Assembly (NCBI GenBank): GCA_031370005.1
Contig: JANMPT010000028.1
Location: 32,001 to 96,000, forward strand
DNA length: 64,000 nucleotides
DNA from: Bdellovibrionales bacterium
GTDB lineage: Bacteria; Bdellovibrionota; Bdellovibrionia; Bdellovibrionales; Bdellovibrionaceae
Direction of reading: 5' to 3'
A model generated the notes under the pieces. That model was not told the DNA's origin. It saw nothing but the letters and a program-made list of their open reading frames with translations, and did no database searches. Below are positions 60,176 to 64,000 of this stretch, in pieces; position 1 is the first letter of the stretch; the number at the start of each line of letters is the position of its first letter. A program made the translations under genes and the position numbers.

Positions 60176-60685
60176 TTAAATCTCAATTGCACGACGAACA
60201 AGCTGCTGCCTTTGAATTTCATATGCGTGATGACAAGCCATAGCCAAGGCATCAGAGGCATCGAGACGATCGATTTTTTGCAAGCGCAACAAGGCTTTCA
60301 GAACCGCCTGCACCTGTTCTTTGCTGGCTCCACCATTCCCAGTCACCCCTTTTTTTGCCAGGCGCGTGGCATATTCAAAAACTTTGGCCCCACCGCAAAC
60401 AGACTCATACATCAAAATGCCACGGGCATGGCCTAATTTGAAAGCGCTATCAGTATTTTTACCTAGAAATATTTTTTCAATGACCACATGTTCCGGGCGA
60501 TATTTTTCCATGATTTCATGAAAGGCACTTCCGAGCTCCATCATGCGCTGAGGAAAGCTGCCATCCGTATCCATCACGATCACGCCATGACTGACATGTT
60601 CAAGGCGTCCCCCTTGTTGTATACGAACCAATCCAAAACCTGTAATACGTGAACCAGGATCTACACCCAAAATTAAATGACTCAT
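60176..60685 (-). CDS. ruvC: Holliday junction resolvase RuvC
   Basis: GVDPG..TG, IE, LGHARG, DASDALA. Confidence 0.96.
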   Translation of the reverse strand: MSHLILGVDPGSRITGFGLVRIQQGGRLEHVSHGVIVMDTDGSFPQRMMELGSAFHEIMEKYRPEHVVIEKIFLGKNTDSAFKLGHARGILMYESVCGGAKVFEYATRLAKKGVTGNGGASKEQVQAVLKALLRLQKIDRLDASDALAMACHHAYEIQRQQLVRRAIEI

Positions 60686-60767
60686 CCGTGTATTTGAATT
60701 CGTCTCCCCTGGCAGGTCAATAAAAAGCTCTATTGAAATTCCTCAGTTAAGCTGTCATGATCAGCCC

Positions 60768-61601
60768 ATGCCCAAGATCGAAGCAAGTGCTATTGAAAAA
60801 TACCAAGTGATTCTGCAAAAAGATCCAAACTCCCAGGTGTTCGCGCCCTTGGCTGATGCTTATCGTGAGATGGGTATGTTGAAAGAGGCCGAGCAGATTG
60901 CCCGCATTGGAGTGAAGCGTCACCCTTCTTTTGCCTCAGGTTTTGTGGTTTATGCGCGTATTATGAAGGATCAGGGGCGTCCAGAGGACTGTTTGAAGCT
61001 CGCACAGAAAGCAGTGCAGCTATCGCCTGAAAATATTGTAGCCCACCACCTACAAGCAGAAATTTATTTGCAAAACAAACAGCCAAAAGAAGCTCTGAAG
61101 GCTTTTAAGATGGTTTTATTCTTAAATCCTCAGAGCGAACGCGCCCGCAAAGCCGTGGCAAAACTTGAAAGCTTAACTGCGGATGAGTACGACGATGATA
61201 TTTTTGAAATGAGTAAAATCGCCTCGCTCAAAGAACAATTTTGGATTGAAGATGAGGAAAAAGAAGACTCTGTAATTCATTCTGTGGCAAAAACCCCACC
61301 GACCTCGCCCCATGGCCTTGAGCGAATGCTTTCTTTAATCGATGCCTTTATCGTGCGCAATGATCTTAATAAAGCAAAAATGCTTCTGAGTGATACGCAA
61401 ACTGAGTTCGGAGACAACCCCGAAGTCTTACAAAGAATGAGGCTTCTCCATAGCCGCAGCGGTTCTATGATGGCAACTTCTGATGAAAATCAAGCCACCC
61501 CATTAAAACCTTTTGTCTCTCGAGAAAGAACTATTCAACAGCGAAAACTGGAGACTCTTGAGATGATGCTTCGCAATATTGATGAGTATCGGCAGCTTTA
61601 A
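60768..61601 (+). CDS. TPR protein
   Basis: DPNSQVFAPLADAYR followed by TPR repeats. Confidence 0.85.
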   Translation: MPKIEASAIEKYQVILQKDPNSQVFAPLADAYREMGMLKEAEQIARIGVKRHPSFASGFVVYARIMKDQGRPEDCLKLAQKAVQLSPENIVAHHLQAEIYLQNKQPKEALKAFKMVLFLNPQSERARKAVAKLESLTADEYDDDIFEMSKIASLKEQFWIEDEEKEDSVIHSVAKTPPTSPHGLERMLSLIDAFIVRNDLNKAKMLLSDTQTEFGDNPEVLQRMRLLHSRSGSMMATSDENQATPLKPFVSRERTIQQRKLETLEMMLRNIDEYRQL

Positions 61602-61661
61602 TTGACCAGTCCCCATCCTCTTGGCTTATATTAATCCCTCATTATTTCAAATGAGGACACT

Positions 61662-62228
61662 ATGTACGAAACAGGCGATTTTAAAAAAGGGCTCAAGATT
61701 ATGGTTGAGGGAAAACCTTACGTGATCGTTGATTTTCAACACGTAAAACCTGGTAAGGGCAATCAGTTCTCTCGCACAAAATTAAGAAATCTTCTCACTG
61801 GGCAAAATCTCGAAGTTACTTTTAAATCTGGCGAGAAATTCGAGGTGCCTAATGTCGAAAACAAAGAAATGACCTATCTCTACAAAGACGATAACGGCTA
61901 TAGTTTTATGGACCAAGAGTCCTATGAACAAATCACCATGAACGAAGAAGAGCTTGGTGAGACTAGGTATTACCTTGTAGAAAACCTAAAAGTCGTCATT
62001 CTGATTTACAATGACAAAGCCGTCGCAGTAGACGTACCGAAGGCAGTAAACTTGAAAGTGGCAAAATCAGATCCAGGCATCAAAGGCGATCGCGTCTCCG
62101 GCGCAACAAAGCCTGCGACTATGGAGTCTGGACTTGTCGTCAATGTTCCCCTTCACATCAACGAAGGCGATACTCTTCGAATAGACACAGACTCCGGCGC
62201 CTACGTAGAGCGTGTTAATTTAAAATAA
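61662..62228 (+). CDS. efp: Elongation factor P
   Basis: HVKPGKG, KPATMESG, VPLHINEGD. Confidence 0.96.
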   Translation: MYETGDFKKGLKIMVEGKPYVIVDFQHVKPGKGNQFSRTKLRNLLTGQNLEVTFKSGEKFEVPNVENKEMTYLYKDDNGYSFMDQESYEQITMNEEELGETRYYLVENLKVVILIYNDKAVAVDVPKAVNLKVAKSDPGIKGDRVSGATKPATMESGLVVNVPLHINEGDTLRIDTDSGAYVERVNLK

Positions 62229-62377
62229 GCCCACATTCAAACAAGGCCTTAGCCCAGGTTTTACTACCAAATACCCAGGGCTATATTTTAACAGATGCCT
62301 CGCGTTAAGCCTCCAGATTCACTGCAAAATAGCTGAAAATAATAAGGTTCATCCAAAATGAATTTTGGGGGCTATTT

Positions 62378-63427
62378 TTGACGCTTTCGCTTGAGCTGGA
62401 AATTAAAACCCTTCTGGAAGAATTTCGCGTTCCAGAAGCTGTTGCGGAAAAGCTGATCCAGCTTTTCGAAGACCATCCTGATGATTGGTCTGCAGAAAGC
62501 TTAAAAGAGCTTTCCCGCTTTCTGCTTTCTTGCGGCCTCTATAAACAATTAATTGGTTTTTGCCTAAGGCATCTCAGCGCTAAAGCATTTGTAATGCCCT
62601 GGCCATATTTCATCCAAGCTCTTGCCCTTGGCGCCCCAGAGCTTGAAGACGATATTGTGAAATTCATCGTCACAGGTATAGAGGAAGAAAATGCACTTGA
62701 GCAGGTCGCCCTAGGGCAGGGAGCGGAGCGCTTTATCCAAAATGTCGCGCAGTGGAGAAACGAGCTCAGACGCAAACGGCACAAGCAAGCAAGGGAACTT
62801 AAGCAGCAAATGCTAGATGAGCTTCTCACCCTGCGCACGCAGCAACTTTACGAACAAGAAAAGATCATGTTGGAAAAGCTGCAAAGAATGTTTCCTGGAG
62901 ACCAGGATATCAAGGACGAACTTCTCCAACATAAAGAACGCTATGCTCTAGAAATCCTCTCGCGTCGATCGCCTCTAGGGCGCAATACACACTCGGCTAA
63001 AGAAATGCCTACGAGTCCAGAGGTTCAGGCCGCCACAGATGCGCTTAAAAAATCTCTATTGGAAGCCGCAGTGATTTATCCTGAAATGGCTTTTGATTTT
63101 GCGGTGGCCACCTATATGCTCGATGAGCCACAAATCAGTTTAGCACTTCTTGAGACAACGGAACTCACTCCTGATCAGCGTTGGTTTTATTTGGAGGTGA
63201 AGTTAAAATGTCGTCATTTCCTAGAAGTACTCGCAGAGCTAAGTCCACTTGAGCTACGACTGGCAAATGAACCAGAAACATTCTTCGCCACGGCCTATCT
63301 TCGCGCCCAAGCCTATTGGGGGCTTGAGCAAAGATATGTCGCTATTGAAATTCTTGAAACTATTTTGGCTGCACGTCCGAACTACCGCGCTAGTTCCGCC
63401 CTTCTAGATCTCTGGAGATCGCAATGA
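62378..63427 (+). CDS. Hypothetical helical/TPR-like protein
   Basis: 349-aa ORF with an ATGA overlap to the next gene. Confidence 0.7.
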   Translation: MTLSLELEIKTLLEEFRVPEAVAEKLIQLFEDHPDDWSAESLKELSRFLLSCGLYKQLIGFCLRHLSAKAFVMPWPYFIQALALGAPELEDDIVKFIVTGIEEENALEQVALGQGAERFIQNVAQWRNELRRKRHKQARELKQQMLDELLTLRTQQLYEQEKIMLEKLQRMFPGDQDIKDELLQHKERYALEILSRRSPLGRNTHSAKEMPTSPEVQAATDALKKSLLEAAVIYPEMAFDFAVATYMLDEPQISLALLETTELTPDQRWFYLEVKLKCRHFLEVLAELSPLELRLANEPETFFATAYLRAQAYWGLEQRYVAIEILETILAARPNYRASSALLDLWRSQ

Positions 63428-64000
63428 GGCGCATACTGCTGATCCTATTGCCTCCTTTGTTTTTTCTAATACTTTTGGCAGTCGGCCTAAAATATTGGGC
63501 TATTCCTCATGCTGAAGTTTGGGCACTGCAAGAGCTAAAAGCATACTCTGAAGCAAATCTTCCGGTGGTGATTGGGGCAGAGAGCGTTCAATTCCATATT
63601 TTAAAAACTGCCGCCAGTATTGAAAAAATCACTATTACTCCGAAAAAAGATCTGCAAAAATTTACTGATAGCGTGAGCATTGAAAGCCTTAATATAAATC
63701 TGGATCTATTCCAACTTCTTACCGGTCGTCTGCTCATTTCAGCGATTTTAGTGAACTCACCAGTAGGTCGCATTCAACTGGATCCAATTTTAGACGACAC
63801 TTCCAAACCCAAGCCTTTGCCTCTAAATTTGATCTTCGAGTGGCTCGAAAAAACTCCCGTGGAGCGCATCTTTGTTCAGAATCTACAGCTTGAATTGCAA
63901 TCTAAAAAACATAAATCCTCCGCACTCCTGCAAGGTGCCGACCTGCTCTTGGGAAATCATCAAAACTCCCTCACTGGCCGATTGGATGTTCCACGTCTAA
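63424..64000 (+). CDS. AsmA/TamB-like membrane-anchored protein, 3'-partial
   Basis: MRRILLILLPPLFFLILLAVG N-terminal anchor; the frame is open to the window end (hand translation). Confidence 0.6.
   Translation, partial: MRRILLILLPPLFFLILLAVGLKYWAIPHAEVWALQELKAYSEANLPVVIGAESVQFHILKTAASIEKITITPKKDLQKFTDSVSIESLNINLDLFQLLTGRLLISAILVNSPVGRIQLDPILDDTSKPKPLPLNLIFEWLEKTPVERIFVQNLQLELQSKKHKSSALLQGADLLLGNHQNSLTGRLDVPRL

Noticed and set aside
62229..62377. tRNA or ncRNA after efp
   Set aside because: Only a weak tagccc/gggcta stem; no cloverleaf or T-loop motif.

Overview
Chromosomal window from a Bdellovibrionota-like predatory bacterium, inferred from the mosaic fibre genes, a MalE-MalF fusion, an FQNC-type lipoprotein and the HUH/HNH families present. 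The housekeeping backbone includes oppBC, an Slt-like transglycosylase, radA, glpK, hutI, gpmA, sucAB, a maltodextrin cluster, ald, lpxC, ruvCAB and efp. Three accessory layers sit on top. (1) Two convergent phage-tail-fibre-like adhesin genes (<1-2994 and 41125-45702) share in-frame DNA modules as a 405-bp inverted repeat about 43 kb apart. Two stop-free orphan fibre fragments lie upstream of the second gene, which heads an operon with a sulfotransferase and a Tat-exported 7-blade RCC1 protein. (2) A RAYT/Y1-type HUH nuclease gene is bracketed by a 25-bp direct repeat and preceded by a ~98-bp hairpin-rich element. That element recurs at 38.1 kb together with a 25-bp scrap of the HUH gene. (3) Many toxin-antitoxin/defence insertions have no integrase nearby. 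Three keep the promoter and upstream gene but have a 3'-truncated toxin (HipA, AbiEii, PIN), and some insertions are bounded by direct repeats. Many promoters appear leaderless. No rRNA, tRNA, CRISPR array or reverse transcriptase was recognised. All identities and alignments were done by eye.
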